Origin: a virus
Taxonomy: Duplodnaviria; Caudoviricetes
IMG/VR virus record: IMGVR_UViG_3300022074_000037
Coordinates: 1 to 61,734 of that record
Direction: 5' to 3' (one strand)
Length of the DNA stretch: 61,734 nt
Each line of letters opens with the position of its first letter. Within the stretch, counting starts at the first letter, position 1. The notes under the pieces were generated by a model that did not search any database, was not told the DNA's origin, and saw only the letters and a list, made by a program, of their open reading frames with translations. The position numbers and the translations under genes are program-made. Of this stretch, positions 9,579 to 18,784 are shown piece by piece.

Positions 9579-10589
9579 ATGAGTATGTACATAGACCTCA
9601 AATATCTTAATCTAATATCGCACAGACTCCAAAGGTTCAAGAAGAAGAGTGATTATCTCTGGAACTTTAGGTGTCCGTTCTGTGGCGATTCCAAGAAAAG
9701 TCAGTCGAAAGCGAGGGGGTTCGTCTTTCGCAAAAAGAATGACCTATTCTACAAATGTCACAACTGTAGTATGGGAACAAATTTATCAAATGTGATAAAA
9801 CACATCGACTCAAAGATACATGATGACTATATATTAGAACGGTACAGAGAGGGCACCACTGCAACAGGAAGGGGTGGCCATGTCGAGAATCCAAAATTCG
9901 ATATACCGAAACCTGTCTTTACCAAGAAGGGTATCTTCAATAATGTCAAATCTTTTAGGGAAATTGGAAAAGAACATCCTGCCTATCGGTTCATCGAAGA
10001 CCGAAAAATTCCCAATGACAACGATATCTATTTGGTCAATCAGTTTTATTCTTGGACTAATCAATTAGTTCCAAATAAGTTTCCAACCTTGGATGGTGAC
10101 CACCCAAGGATGGTGATTCCGTTTCGTGATTCCAATGGTGACATATTTGCATATCAAGGGAGAGCGTTTGGAAAAGAAAAACCAAAGTACATTACCATCA
10201 TTCTTGATGAGAGTGTACCAAAGATATATGGTCTTGACAGGGTTGATACTTCTAGGGATATTTTTGTCGTGGAAGGCCCTATTGATAGTCTTTTTATATC
10301 AAACTGTATTGCGGTGGCTCAGAGTGATTTGCGTGTACCTCAATATAAAGACAAAGCAGTTCTTGTTCCAGACAACGAACCAAGGAACAGGGAAATCATT
10401 AAACAACTAGGAAAGGCGATTGATGAAGGTTATAGAGTAGTAGTGTGGCCTGATTATGTGCGACAAAAGGATATTAACGATATGATACTATCTGGAATGG
10501 ACGCTCTTGAAATCAAAGAACTTATACATACTAGCACCTACCAAGGTTTAACCGCCAAAGTCGAATTTCAAAAATGGAAAAAAATATAG
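9579..10589 (+). CDS. gp61: DNA primase (T4 gp61-like)
   Basis: CPFCGDS...CHNC zinc finger; TOPRIM EGPIDS, DNEPRN, KDINDM. Confidence 0.95.
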   Translation: MSMYIDLKYLNLISHRLQRFKKKSDYLWNFRCPFCGDSKKSQSKARGFVFRKKNDLFYKCHNCSMGTNLSNVIKHIDSKIHDDYILERYREGTTATGRGGHVENPKFDIPKPVFTKKGIFNNVKSFREIGKEHPAYRFIEDRKIPNDNDIYLVNQFYSWTNQLVPNKFPTLDGDHPRMVIPFRDSNGDIFAYQGRAFGKEKPKYITIILDESVPKIYGLDRVDTSRDIFVVEGPIDSLFISNCIAVAQSDLRVPQYKDKAVLVPDNEPRNREIIKQLGKAIDEGYRVVVWPDYVRQKDINDMILSGMDALEIKELIHTSTYQGLTAKVEFQKWKKI

Positions 10590-10599
10590 GAGAATTAGA

Positions 10600-12423
10600 A
10601 TGCAAACAGCAGAGGTTGTGGAGTTTCCGATGGTGAGAAACTCGCAGTATTTGGGTATCAACATAGATTTTAAACGTGACGATACCTTATCAGAACAAGC
10701 ATCAAAGTTATTAAAAGATTACTATTGTATTGATGGTGAGTATAGTCCACAACAAGCGTTTGCAAGAGCCTCAGTTGCATATTCATATGGGGATATGGAA
10801 CTTGCACAAAGAATTTACGATTACGTTTCAAAGGGGTGGTTCATGTTTGCATCACCTGTATTATCAAATGCACCTTTGCCTGGCCAAAAGGTAAAGGCGT
10901 TACCTATCTCTTGTTTTCTAACTTATGTTCCAGACTCGTTAGAAGGTCTTATTGACCATACGGCGGAACTGAGATGGCTTTCTGTGAAGGGTGGTGGTGT
11001 CGGTGGTCACTGGTCTGATGTACGAGCAGTATCCGACAAAGCCCCAGGCCCAATGCCATTTCTGCACACAGTTGATGCAGATATGACAGCATACAGACAG
11101 GGTAAGACAAGGAAAGGTTCTTATGCTGCGTACATGGATGTTACACATCCAGACATCATTGAATTCTTGAATATGAGAGTTCCTACAGGTGATGTTAATC
11201 GTAAGAACCTTAACTTGCACCATGCAATTAACATTACTGATTCGTTCATGAGAGCAATTGAACGAGATGAGATGTGGGATTTACTTGACCCCAATGATGG
11301 GTCAGTTCGTGATTCCATGAAGGCAAGAAAGTTATGGGAACAAATTCTAGAAGTAAGATATCGTACAGGTGAACCATATTTGAATTTCATTGACACTGCT
11401 AATCGTGCGTTACCTCAAACTCAAAAGGACAAAGGATTAAAGATTCATGGTTCAAACTTATGTAACGAAATTCATCTTCCAACTTCAGATGATAGGACTG
11501 CTGTATGTTGTCTTTCTTCAGTCAATGTTGAGTTGTTTGAAGATTGGAAAAAGACAACAATGATTCGTGACCTTGTTCGATTCTTGGACAACGTGTTACA
11601 ATTCTTTATTGACAACGCACCAGACGAAATCAGTCGTGCAAGATATTCTGCACAACAAGAAAGGTCACTTGGACTAGGTGCAATGGGTTGGCATTCTTTC
11701 CTACACAGAAAGAGAATTCCTTTTGATGGTAGTCAAGCAGATGTATGGAACGCAGTTATATTCCAATACATTCAAAAAGAAGCAATCGAAGAAAGTTTAT
11801 CCCTTGGTTCATCTAGAGGAGAGGCACCAGACATGGAAGGCACTGGTAGACGTAATGCACATCTACTTGCAATCGCCCCGAATGCAAACAGTTCTATCAT
11901 CTGTGGTACTTCACCATCAATTGAACCATTGAAGGCAAATGCGTATACACACAGAACCAGAGCAGGTTCGCACCTTGTAAAAAATAAGTATCTTGCAGAA
12001 GAACTTGAGAAGGTTGAGAAGAATACCGACAAAGTATGGCAAGACATTATTACCAAGGGTGGTTCTGTACAACACCTTAAATTCTTGAAAGACGATGTGA
12101 AAGAAGTTTTCAAGACCGCAATCGAACTTGACCAGAATGTACTGGTAAAACAAGGTGGTGACAGACAAAGATTCTTGTGTCAAGGTCAGTCATTGAATCT
12201 ATTCTTTCCTGCCGGTGCAGAGAAAAAGTATCTACACAAGGTACACTACAATGCATGGAAAGAAGGTTGTAAAGGTCTTTATTATTTGAGAACTGAGACA
12301 GGTCAACGTGCAGAGAACGTATCTGAAAAGGTCGAAAGAAACGCATTGAAAGATTATGAATCACAGGCCGTATGCGACATCACTGCACAATCGCAAGATG
12401 AGTGTGTAGCGTGTCAGGGCTAG
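10600..12423 (+). CDS. nrdA: ribonucleotide reductase class I alpha subunit (no ATP cone)
   Basis: ISCFL, SNLCNEI, APNANSS, KGLYYLR, C-terminal CVAC. Confidence 0.95.
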   Translation: MQTAEVVEFPMVRNSQYLGINIDFKRDDTLSEQASKLLKDYYCIDGEYSPQQAFARASVAYSYGDMELAQRIYDYVSKGWFMFASPVLSNAPLPGQKVKALPISCFLTYVPDSLEGLIDHTAELRWLSVKGGGVGGHWSDVRAVSDKAPGPMPFLHTVDADMTAYRQGKTRKGSYAAYMDVTHPDIIEFLNMRVPTGDVNRKNLNLHHAINITDSFMRAIERDEMWDLLDPNDGSVRDSMKARKLWEQILEVRYRTGEPYLNFIDTANRALPQTQKDKGLKIHGSNLCNEIHLPTSDDRTAVCCLSSVNVELFEDWKKTTMIRDLVRFLDNVLQFFIDNAPDEISRARYSAQQERSLGLGAMGWHSFLHRKRIPFDGSQADVWNAVIFQYIQKEAIEESLSLGSSRGEAPDMEGTGRRNAHLLAIAPNANSSIICGTSPSIEPLKANAYTHRTRAGSHLVKNKYLAEELEKVEKNTDKVWQDIITKGGSVQHLKFLKDDVKEVFKTAIELDQNVLVKQGGDRQRFLCQGQSLNLFFPAGAEKKYLHKVHYNAWKEGCKGLYYLRTETGQRAENVSEKVERNALKDYESQAVCDITAQSQDECVACQG

Positions 12424-12701
12424 TTCAGTTAACTGATAGTGCAAAAGAATATCTAAGACAAGTCGGTAAACCAAATGTCTACTTGTCAGTCAAGGGTGGT
12501 GGTTGTTCTGGATTCCAATATGTTTGGAATACCACAGATGAACCAGCCACTGTTGAGAACTTAGTTATTGACCCTGTTGCAGAGATGTTTGTAATGGGTT
12601 GCACAGTAGATTATGTTACAGAATTGGGTGGGTCTTACTTAAAAGTATCTAACCCTAATGCCACTGCATCATGTGGATGCGGTGAGAGTTTTGCAGTGTA
12701 G
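12402..12701 (+). CDS. iscA: IscA/HesB Fe-S cluster carrier
   Basis: GGGCSGFQY and SCGCGESF motifs; exact start uncertain. Confidence 0.9.
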   Translation: MCSVSGLVQLTDSAKEYLRQVGKPNVYLSVKGGGCSGFQYVWNTTDEPATVENLVIDPVAEMFVMGCTVDYVTELGGSYLKVSNPNATASCGCGESFAV

Positions 12702-12711
12702 GAGACAATTC

Positions 12712-12942
12712 ATGCAAGAGACATCTTTCGGAATACCACTGACTACACCAGTACAGGTTAATGCCGACCTTACTGGAAAACAAAAGCGTTACATTCTAGT
12801 ACGAATGGAACAACTAAAAGAAGATATGGAGAAGGCACATGATGAACACGATAAAAAGTGGTACAACAGGTGCATCCAAGAATTAGATTGGGTTTTACAA
12901 ATGCGTGAAAAACCTAATCACAACTGTTACATGGAGAAGTAA
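12712..12942 (+). CDS. hypothetical protein
   Basis: AGGAG RBS before ATG 12712. Confidence 0.65.
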   Translation: MQETSFGIPLTTPVQVNADLTGKQKRYILVRMEQLKEDMEKAHDEHDKKWYNRCIQELDWVLQMREKPNHNCYMEK

Positions 12943-12945
12943 GAA

Positions 12946-14196
12946 ATGGAAATAAAAGTAGTAACTAAAACAGACTGTCCTTTTTGCGAAATGGCCAAGA
13001 AATGGTTAGACGAAAATGGATTTGAATACCATGCAGAAGTCATGGACAATGAGGAAGAACGTCTTGCGTTCTATCAGTCAATCAACGGTATCAGTGAAAT
13101 CGTTGGGAAACCAAACGATGTTCGCAGAGTAAATTCAGTACCACAAATCTTTGTGGATGGTGACCGTATCGGTGGATACGATGACTTGATGAAATATGCT
13201 GAAACTCTCTTTAAGAAAAGAGGTGGTGGAAGTCTGTTGAAGTTTAGTGAAACTTACAAACCATTCTACTATCCTTGGGCAGTTGAAATCACAACAAGAC
13301 ATGAGAAGGTACACTGGATTGAAGACGAACTTGATTTGTCAGAAGATGTATCTGATTGGAAGTCTGGTAAGGTTAGTGTTGCAGAAAAAGATTACATCAC
13401 CAACATTCTAAGACTATTCACACAGGCCGATGTTGCAGTTGGACAAAACTATTATGACCAGTTGATTCCAAAATTCAAGAACAATGAAGTCAGAAATATG
13501 TTGGGTTCATTTGCGAACAGGGAAGCAATCCATCAACGTGCATATGCATTGTTGAACGAGACACTTGGTCTTCCACCAGAAGAATATCATGCGTTTCTTG
13601 AGTATTCAGAAATGGCAGACAAGATTGACTTCATGATGGATTCAAACACATCGACACACAGAGGTCTTGCACTTGCAATGGCCAAGTCAGTAATGAACGA
13701 GGGTATCGCTCTGTTTGCATCATTCGTGATGTTGTTGAACTTCCAGCGTTTCGGTAAGATGAAAGGTATGGGTAAGGTTGTTGAATGGTCAATCAGAGAT
13801 GAATCAATTCACGTTGAGGGTATCGCAAAACTGTTCAGACAATTCTGTACAGAATATCCAAAGGTTGTGGACGATGAATTCAAGTCTGAAATCTATGAGA
13901 TGGCAAGACAGTCAGTGAAATTGGAAGACAAGTTCGTTCAGTTGACCTATAAGATGGGCGCTCCAGAAGGTCTTGAGGCCTCTGATGTGAAGACCTATAT
14001 AAGATATATCACCGACAGAAGATTGCTTCAGTTGGGATTGAAACCGAATTTCAAGGTGAAAGAGAATCCTCTACCGTGGTTGGAATGGGTACTTAACGGT
14101 GCAGACCATACTAACTTCTTTGAGAATAGAGTGACCGAATATGAGGTTGCTGGTTTGACTGGCACTTGGGATGATGCGTATGAGGACGCTGCATAA
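12946..14196 (+). CDS. nrdB: glutaredoxin-fused ribonucleotide reductase beta subunit
   Basis: N-terminal CPFC...VPQIF..GGYDD Grx domain; FTQAD, EAIH...Y, DESIH ligands; NFFE. Confidence 0.95.
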   Translation: MEIKVVTKTDCPFCEMAKKWLDENGFEYHAEVMDNEEERLAFYQSINGISEIVGKPNDVRRVNSVPQIFVDGDRIGGYDDLMKYAETLFKKRGGGSLLKFSETYKPFYYPWAVEITTRHEKVHWIEDELDLSEDVSDWKSGKVSVAEKDYITNILRLFTQADVAVGQNYYDQLIPKFKNNEVRNMLGSFANREAIHQRAYALLNETLGLPPEEYHAFLEYSEMADKIDFMMDSNTSTHRGLALAMAKSVMNEGIALFASFVMLLNFQRFGKMKGMGKVVEWSIRDESIHVEGIAKLFRQFCTEYPKVVDDEFKSEIYEMARQSVKLEDKFVQLTYKMGAPEGLEASDVKTYIRYITDRRLLQLGLKPNFKVKENPLPWLEWVLNGADHTNFFENRVTEYEVAGLTGTWDDAYEDAA

Positions 14197-14198
14197 AT

Positions 14199-14360
14199 AT
14201 GAGTAGAAAGATTATCTCCTGTGAGGAATGTGACGCAGAATTCACAGTGCGACATACAATGTCAAGTAGACATTATCAAGTACAGTACTGTGTTTTCTGT
14301 GGTGCAGAAATCCCAGAAGATAATGAAGATGACTTATACGATGAAGAAGAAGAATATTGA
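14199..14360 (+). CDS. small zinc-ribbon protein (53 aa, not in ORF track)
   Basis: CEEC...CVFC plus acidic tail. Confidence 0.7.
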   Translation: MSRKIISCEECDAEFTVRHTMSSRHYQVQYCVFCGAEIPEDNEDDLYDEEEEY

Positions 14361-14701
14361 AAACTCAAAGTGCGAAAGCTAAAGGCCGAAGATTACAACA
14401 GTGGGTTCGTGACCAACTTATAGAAAAACTTGAAGTGCATCCAGAAGATGTTGAATCAAGGTCAATGGGTGCAGGCGGTGAAGACTTGATTATGGCAAGG
14501 GCTGCGAGAGAAAAGTTCCCTTATTCTGTTGAGTGTAAAAACCAAGAAAAAGTAAACGTGTGGGAATCATATTCTCAGGCAGTCGAAAATTGCAAAGACT
14601 ATGAACCAGTGGTGGTTATTAAACGTAACAACCATAAACCACTTGTGGTAGTTGATGCTGAATATTTTGTAGGACTGCATAAAGGTGATATACCAACATA
14701 G
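14357..14701 (+). CDS. PD-(D/E)XK endonuclease, Holliday-junction-resolvase-like
   Basis: SAKAKGRRLQ...EDL...VECK. Confidence 0.65.
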   Translation: MKTQSAKAKGRRLQQWVRDQLIEKLEVHPEDVESRSMGAGGEDLIMARAAREKFPYSVECKNQEKVNVWESYSQAVENCKDYEPVVVIKRNNHKPLVVVDAEYFVGLHKGDIPT

Positions 14702-14906
14702 ACATTTTATTCTAGACATGAACGGCCGTAAAGCAAAACTTTACAAAAGTGGTCGCTTGCAATTTATGGGTGACCATTATGTTGCAATCACTATGTTATT
14801 ACGATTCTCAGACAATCATCCAGACGTTAGAGAAAAGTTTCGACAACAAATTGAGATGCGTGAGAAACCCCAATTCACTTCCCCAGAATATACTGCAAAA
14901 AAATAA
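14685..14906 (+). CDS. hypothetical protein
   Basis: Overlapping ORF in operon. Confidence 0.55.
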   Translation: MIYQHRHFILDMNGRKAKLYKSGRLQFMGDHYVAITMLLRFSDNHPDVREKFRQQIEMREKPQFTSPEYTAKK

Positions 14907-14972
14907 TCAGACCTATGCAAAAATAGCACTACAGATTTTCCGTAGCCGCAACAGTTATGGCAGTGTTACTGT

Positions 14973-14980
14973 TATAAATA
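14973..14980 (+). promoter_or_regulatory. T4-type late promoter TATAAATA
   Basis: Exact consensus in an intergenic region. Confidence 0.6.
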
Positions 14981-15025
14981 ATTGCGTAATAAACCATTAC
15001 AACTTAACCTAAAAGGACTTGCCGA

Positions 15026-15088
15026 ATGTGGCCTTACACCGAAGAAGAAGCGGACTATCTTAGTTTGCGAAAAATTACAAAAAAATAA
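15026..15088 (+). CDS. 20-aa peptide MWPYTEEEADYLSLRKITKK
   Basis: AAGGA RBS; lies between a late promoter and a terminator. Confidence 0.5.
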   Translation: MWPYTEEEADYLSLRKITKK

Positions 15089-15091
15089 TAC

Positions 15092-15115
15092 AGGGGTGCA
15101 TTGCACCCTTTTTTT
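15092..15115 (+). terminator. intrinsic terminator
   Basis: GGGTGC/GCACCC stem plus U7. Confidence 0.7.
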
Positions 15116-15132
15116 ATGCGTGGAGTAATAAT

Positions 15133-15297
15133 ATGTTAAAAATATTGACTAATTTGTTTCAACAGAGACAAGACGATAGGGGAATTGTTAATTATGTTCG
15201 CACTGAATGGAATAGTGAAACTAGACATCTATCAAATGAAGCCTGCATAGACTTCTATAACAACTACTTGACATCTAAAGGGAGAATTAAACGATGA
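15133..15297 (+). CDS. small hypothetical protein (54 aa, not in ORF track)
   Basis: GGAG RBS; ATGA overlap with the next gene. Confidence 0.65.
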   Translation: MLKILTNLFQQRQDDRGIVNYVRTEWNSETRHLSNEACIDFYNNYLTSKGRIKR

Positions 15298-15500
15298 GTA
15301 TTGGATTAGTATTAAGACACACTTACGAAGAGACTTGTGAAATCTGTGAAAAGATTGCACACTTCTTTAAAATTGCTGGGAAAAAATGGAATGTATTTTT
15401 TACCAGAGTTGGATATGCAAGAGCGGCTTCGCAACTTGCATCTCAAGGATATTACGAAGAGGCGAAGGCCCTCATGACAGAAAAGGATAATTTAAAATGA
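15294..15500 (+). CDS. small hypothetical protein
   Basis: GGAG RBS; GYARAASQLASQGYYEEAKALM. Confidence 0.7.
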   Translation: MSIGLVLRHTYEETCEICEKIAHFFKIAGKKWNVFFTRVGYARAASQLASQGYYEEAKALMTEKDNLK

Positions 15501-15931
15501 AACCACTTGCATTTATAGGAACAGTATTTGCGTTTGTCTTTATGGCGAATCTTGCATACGCAAAAACTATTGAAATCGAAATGTTGAATAAAGACGGAGC
15601 AGGCCGAAAGATGGTTTACTCTCAAGAATTAGTACACGTTGATTCTGGTGATGTGGTTGTATGGTTTCCAACATCCAAAGGACACAACGTAGAAATCGTT
15701 GCGGCTCCAGAGGGATTTGAGATTCCAAAGAAGTCAAAGAACAGTAAAGAAGTATCTATCGAATTTACTGTGCCTGGCATTTATTATTACTGGTGTACAC
15801 CACACAAAGGAATGGGTATGATTGGATTGATTGTTGTGGATGGTGATACGTCAAATAAAGATGCTATTGCAAATGCAAAGGCGATGGGTAAGTCAAAAAA
15901 GAAACTTAAAAAACTTCTTGACGAACTGTAA
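15497..15931 (+). CDS. pseudoazurin (type 1 blue copper protein)
   Basis: Signal peptide; IEMLN, GHN, YWCTPHKGMGM ligands; Lys-rich C-terminal helix. Confidence 0.9.
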   Translation: MKPLAFIGTVFAFVFMANLAYAKTIEIEMLNKDGAGRKMVYSQELVHVDSGDVVVWFPTSKGHNVEIVAAPEGFEIPKKSKNSKEVSIEFTVPGIYYYWCTPHKGMGMIGLIVVDGDTSNKDAIANAKAMGKSKKKLKKLLDEL

Positions 15932-15952
15932 AAAATACTATATAAAGATAAT

Positions 15953-15977
15953 AAGGGGAACAATTAAGTTCCCCTTT
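15953..15977 (+). terminator. hairpin, probable terminator
   Basis: AAGGGGAAC/GTTCCCCTT inverted repeat. Confidence 0.55.
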
Positions 15978-15994
15978 AATTTATGGAGTGTCCA

Positions 15995-16468
15995 ATGTCC
16001 GATAAACTTTGGAGAAAGGTTAAGAAAATGGAATTAGGTAATCCGATTATCACAGCACTTGTAGGCCTTGTAGTATTTTATATCGGTTTGAAAATGTTTT
16101 CTGGTGGTATGAAATCTATGGGTAATATGGAACACCTTGCATTCTTCTTAGGTAATCCAATTTATATGTTCTTTGGTGGTATTGTTATGACATTGCTCTG
16201 GCAATCATCATCACTCTCAACAACGGCAATCATTGCATTAGTTGCTTCTGGTGCGTTACCACTTCCTGCCGCAATAGGGGCAGTTCTTGGTGCAAACATA
16301 GGAACGACAGGTACAATCTGGTTGGCAGGACTTCTGGTTTCAGATGGAATGCCTAAGGGTGATACCTTGAGGGTTGCACTTGCACATTCTGGTGCAAATC
16401 TATTCATGTCTATCATGTTACTACCTTGGGTACATCATATCGCAAGGTTCTTAGGTAAGGTAGGGTGA
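15995..16468 (+). CDS. Na+/phosphate cotransporter-family protein (single repeat)
   Basis: QSSS motif, GANIGTT, AH..ANL; hydrophobic. Confidence 0.85.
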   Translation: MSDKLWRKVKKMELGNPIITALVGLVVFYIGLKMFSGGMKSMGNMEHLAFFLGNPIYMFFGGIVMTLLWQSSSLSTTAIIALVASGALPLPAAIGAVLGANIGTTGTIWLAGLLVSDGMPKGDTLRVALAHSGANLFMSIMLLPWVHHIARFLGKVG

Positions 16469-16602
16469 TTCGGCACGATTCGGCATTTTACACTAATCTA
16501 AACTAAAAACTCTAAAAAATCTCTCACGAAAGCCCTTGATTTACAAGGGCTTTTTTTTATTTTAAAAAAGGCCTTGACTTTGTTCTCAAAACATCGTATA
16601 GT
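16466..16602 (+). promoter_or_regulatory. modular early promoter 1
   Basis: TGATTCG 16466, CGATTCG 16476; AAGCCCTTGATTTACAAGGGC-T8; TTGACT(16574)-17-TATAGT with TGTTCTCAAAACA. Confidence 0.85.
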
Positions 16603-16631
16603 GTATATGTAATTGAGAGAAAGGACTTCAA

Positions 16632-16874
16632 ATGACAAATCAAGAAACAATTTTTATCGGTGCCGACAACGGTGGTATTAAAGTTTACAAAGGTGTTGGT
16701 AACAATGTTGGGTTTGCAAAGACCGCTAAGATGCTTGCATATATCCTTGACACCCACAAGATTTACGGTGAAGTGATGTTCACAAGCAGCATGGACTTTG
16801 CTGATGAGTATGGGTTTGACCACTATAACGGTGCGAAAGACCTTTGGAATGAAGCTGTTGAGATGAGGGTTTAA
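16632..16874 (+). CDS. early hypothetical protein
   Basis: GAGAGAAAGGA leader. Confidence 0.75.
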   Translation: MTNQETIFIGADNGGIKVYKGVGNNVGFAKTAKMLAYILDTHKIYGEVMFTSSMDFADEYGFDHYNGAKDLWNEAVEMRV

Positions 16875-16876
16875 TT

Positions 16877-17113
16877 ATGGGTTACTTTTACGATGATTGG
16901 AAGGACAAAAAGATGTTTGTCGAGAACGCAGAAGGTCAGTTTGTTATGAACTTTGGTGAAGCCGAAAAGTCAATGATTCAGAATCTTGAAGATGCTGTCA
17001 TCAATCTTACAGAAGGTGCTTCTGATGAGAAGAGAATGGCCATTGGATACATGGAGTATCTTGCAGATTGCCTGAAAAGGGGTAAACTTGAAGTGAAGTG
17101 GAATATCTCATAG
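16877..17113 (+). CDS. early hypothetical protein
   Basis: GAGG RBS. Confidence 0.7.
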   Translation: MGYFYDDWKDKKMFVENAEGQFVMNFGEAEKSMIQNLEDAVINLTEGASDEKRMAIGYMEYLADCLKRGKLEVKWNIS

Positions 17114-17121
17114 GAGTAGAA

Positions 17122-17322
17122 ATGTTTAACAATGTAGGACATCCAATCGAAGGTTGGGCAATTCTGAAATGTGAATCAGACAATCAACCAGAAATTGTTT
17201 CTTTGCACCAATGTTTGGGTAATGCAGAGGAAGAAAAGATGGTTCTGAATGAAATGGCCGAGGGTACAGATACTACCTTTGTAGTAAAAAATACTTTTGG
17301 TTGCATGATAGAAACGGTCTAA
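17122..17322 (+). CDS. early hypothetical protein
   Basis: AGGAG RBS before ATG 17122. Confidence 0.7.
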   Translation: MFNNVGHPIEGWAILKCESDNQPEIVSLHQCLGNAEEEKMVLNEMAEGTDTTFVVKNTFGCMIETV

Positions 17323-17329
17323 AAACTAC

Positions 17330-17358
17330 TTGACATTGTTCTGATAACATGATAGCAT
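17330..17358 (+). promoter_or_regulatory. early promoter 2 with spacer palindrome
   Basis: TTGACA-17-TAGCAT; TGTTCTGATAACA. Confidence 0.8.
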
Positions 17359-17382
17359 ATGTATAGAAAGTGAGGAAATATT

Positions 17383-17739
17383 ATGAGTTTAAAAGTTTTA
17401 GAGTTTGAAAATGATGATGCATTGAATACCAATGGTTATCATTATATCAGTTGTGTTACTACCACTTATGACAAGTTGGTAGAGATTTTTGGTAAACCAA
17501 CATACACAGATGCAGACCCATATGAAAAGGTCAATGCAGAGTGGACTATCGAGGCCAAGGTTGTCGATGGAGATGATGACCCAGATGATTACTATTACAA
17601 GGGGTTCACCGTCTACAATTGGAAAACTGGTTACATTCCTACTGAGGAATACGAGTGGCACGTTGGTGGTAAAGATTATGAGTCAATGGAGGCTCTGCAT
17701 GAAATCTTTGAGAATCACATAAATAAATCTAAAGGATAA
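17383..17739 (+). CDS. early hypothetical protein
   Basis: GAGG RBS; LVEIFGKP...FTVYNWK...WHVGG. Confidence 0.75.
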   Translation: MSLKVLEFENDDALNTNGYHYISCVTTTYDKLVEIFGKPTYTDADPYEKVNAEWTIEAKVVDGDDDPDDYYYKGFTVYNWKTGYIPTEEYEWHVGGKDYESMEALHEIFENHINKSKG

Positions 17740-17745
17740 GATGTT

Positions 17746-17958
17746 ATGGTAACAATTACAACGGCAGTAACCATTACTATGTGTTGTACGATGTTCGCAT
17801 TTTACTTTGGTCAGAACCTTGGTCGTAGGGAAAGGATTGAAGTAATTATTGACTCCATGCTTACACGTTTGGAGAAAGATGGGTTCATCAGAACTAAAAA
17901 AGGTAAAGATGGGGAGACAGAATTAATTCCCATAAAAGACTTGACAAATGGTGGATAA
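17746..17958 (+). CDS. small membrane-anchored protein
   Basis: AAGGA RBS; N-terminal hydrophobic segment. Confidence 0.65.
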   Translation: MVTITTAVTITMCCTMFAFYFGQNLGRRERIEVIIDSMLTRLEKDGFIRTKKGKDGETELIPIKDLTNGG

Positions 17959-18074
17959 TGTTATAATATGAGTTTGAGAGTCGGAATTAAGGTTGGTTGG
18001 CCCACTTTGAAAGTTCCAAATATTATGGTGTGGGGATGCAAGTTTCCGACTCTCATTTTATTATGTTGGAGATT

Positions 18075-18644
18075 ATGAACAAATACATTGGAATGACATT
18101 GATACTTGGATTGAGCGGTTGTCCGACTTGGGCGCCTGCATACGAGAATCAAACCCCATGTGATTATGAACATCTAGTAAACTCTTCATACATATATACA
18201 ATTCAGAACACAAAAGAATTCAAGAAAGAGGTGTTTCCTTATGTCGAGGACACCAGAAAATGCGTTATCACAATGTGGGTAACCATTGAGGATAAGACAT
18301 ACCCAGCACAAGGTAGTTATGTATTTGGGCCTGATATGACAGAAAATCAGGCGTGTGAGTTCGCAGAGAAGAAAGCGAAAGAACAGGTAATACGAGAAGT
18401 ATCACCTGTTAAGTTGTCTTCCAATACTGACCTTTCATGCATCAAGAAAGATGTTGTAGAGGCACCAGAAGAGGAAGTTATTGTTAGTAGTGAGGTTGTA
18501 GAGGTTCGTCCTGTAACACTGGCTGATAAGTTCAAACCTATCAAACCATCTTACAGTCCAGACCCAACTTACTATTATGGAAACTACGACAGTGGTAAGA
18601 TTACTTTTAGTAGTGTACTGTCGTTATTATTAGGGGGTATGTAA
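18075..18644 (+). CDS. exported protein, possible lipoprotein
   Basis: GGAG RBS; LSG-C; sigma70-like promoter near 17941. Confidence 0.65.
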   Translation: MNKYIGMTLILGLSGCPTWAPAYENQTPCDYEHLVNSSYIYTIQNTKEFKKEVFPYVEDTRKCVITMWVTIEDKTYPAQGSYVFGPDMTENQACEFAEKKAKEQVIREVSPVKLSSNTDLSCIKKDVVEAPEEEVIVSSEVVEVRPVTLADKFKPIKPSYSPDPTYYYGNYDSGKITFSSVLSLLLGGM

Positions 18645-18784
18645 TGTTTAAATTCATATTCGGTATTGTTGTGGGTATTATTCTTGTCACCTATTACCCA
18701 GATATTATAACAACCACCACTGATTGGTTTATCGACAGTGGTGCTCGTGACGAAGTAATCGAAACTCTAGAAGGGATGAAATGA
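18644..18784 (+). CDS. small membrane protein (46 aa, not in ORF track)
   Basis: MFKFIFGIVVGIILVTYYP; coupled on both sides. Confidence 0.65.
   Translation: MFKFIFGIVVGIILVTYYPDIITTTTDWFIDSGARDEVIETLEGMK

Noticed and set aside
10600-14196. Introns, inteins or homing endonucleases in nrdA/nrdB
   Set aside because: Both frames are continuous and of compact length, with no splicing motifs seen
16528-16558. CCCTTGATTTACAAGGG as an FNR box or purely a terminator
   Set aside because: It lacks the ATCAA half-site of TTGAT-N4-ATCAA. The hairpin is degraded at 51490 and 52447 while the IHF-like core persists, although it may still terminate at some copies
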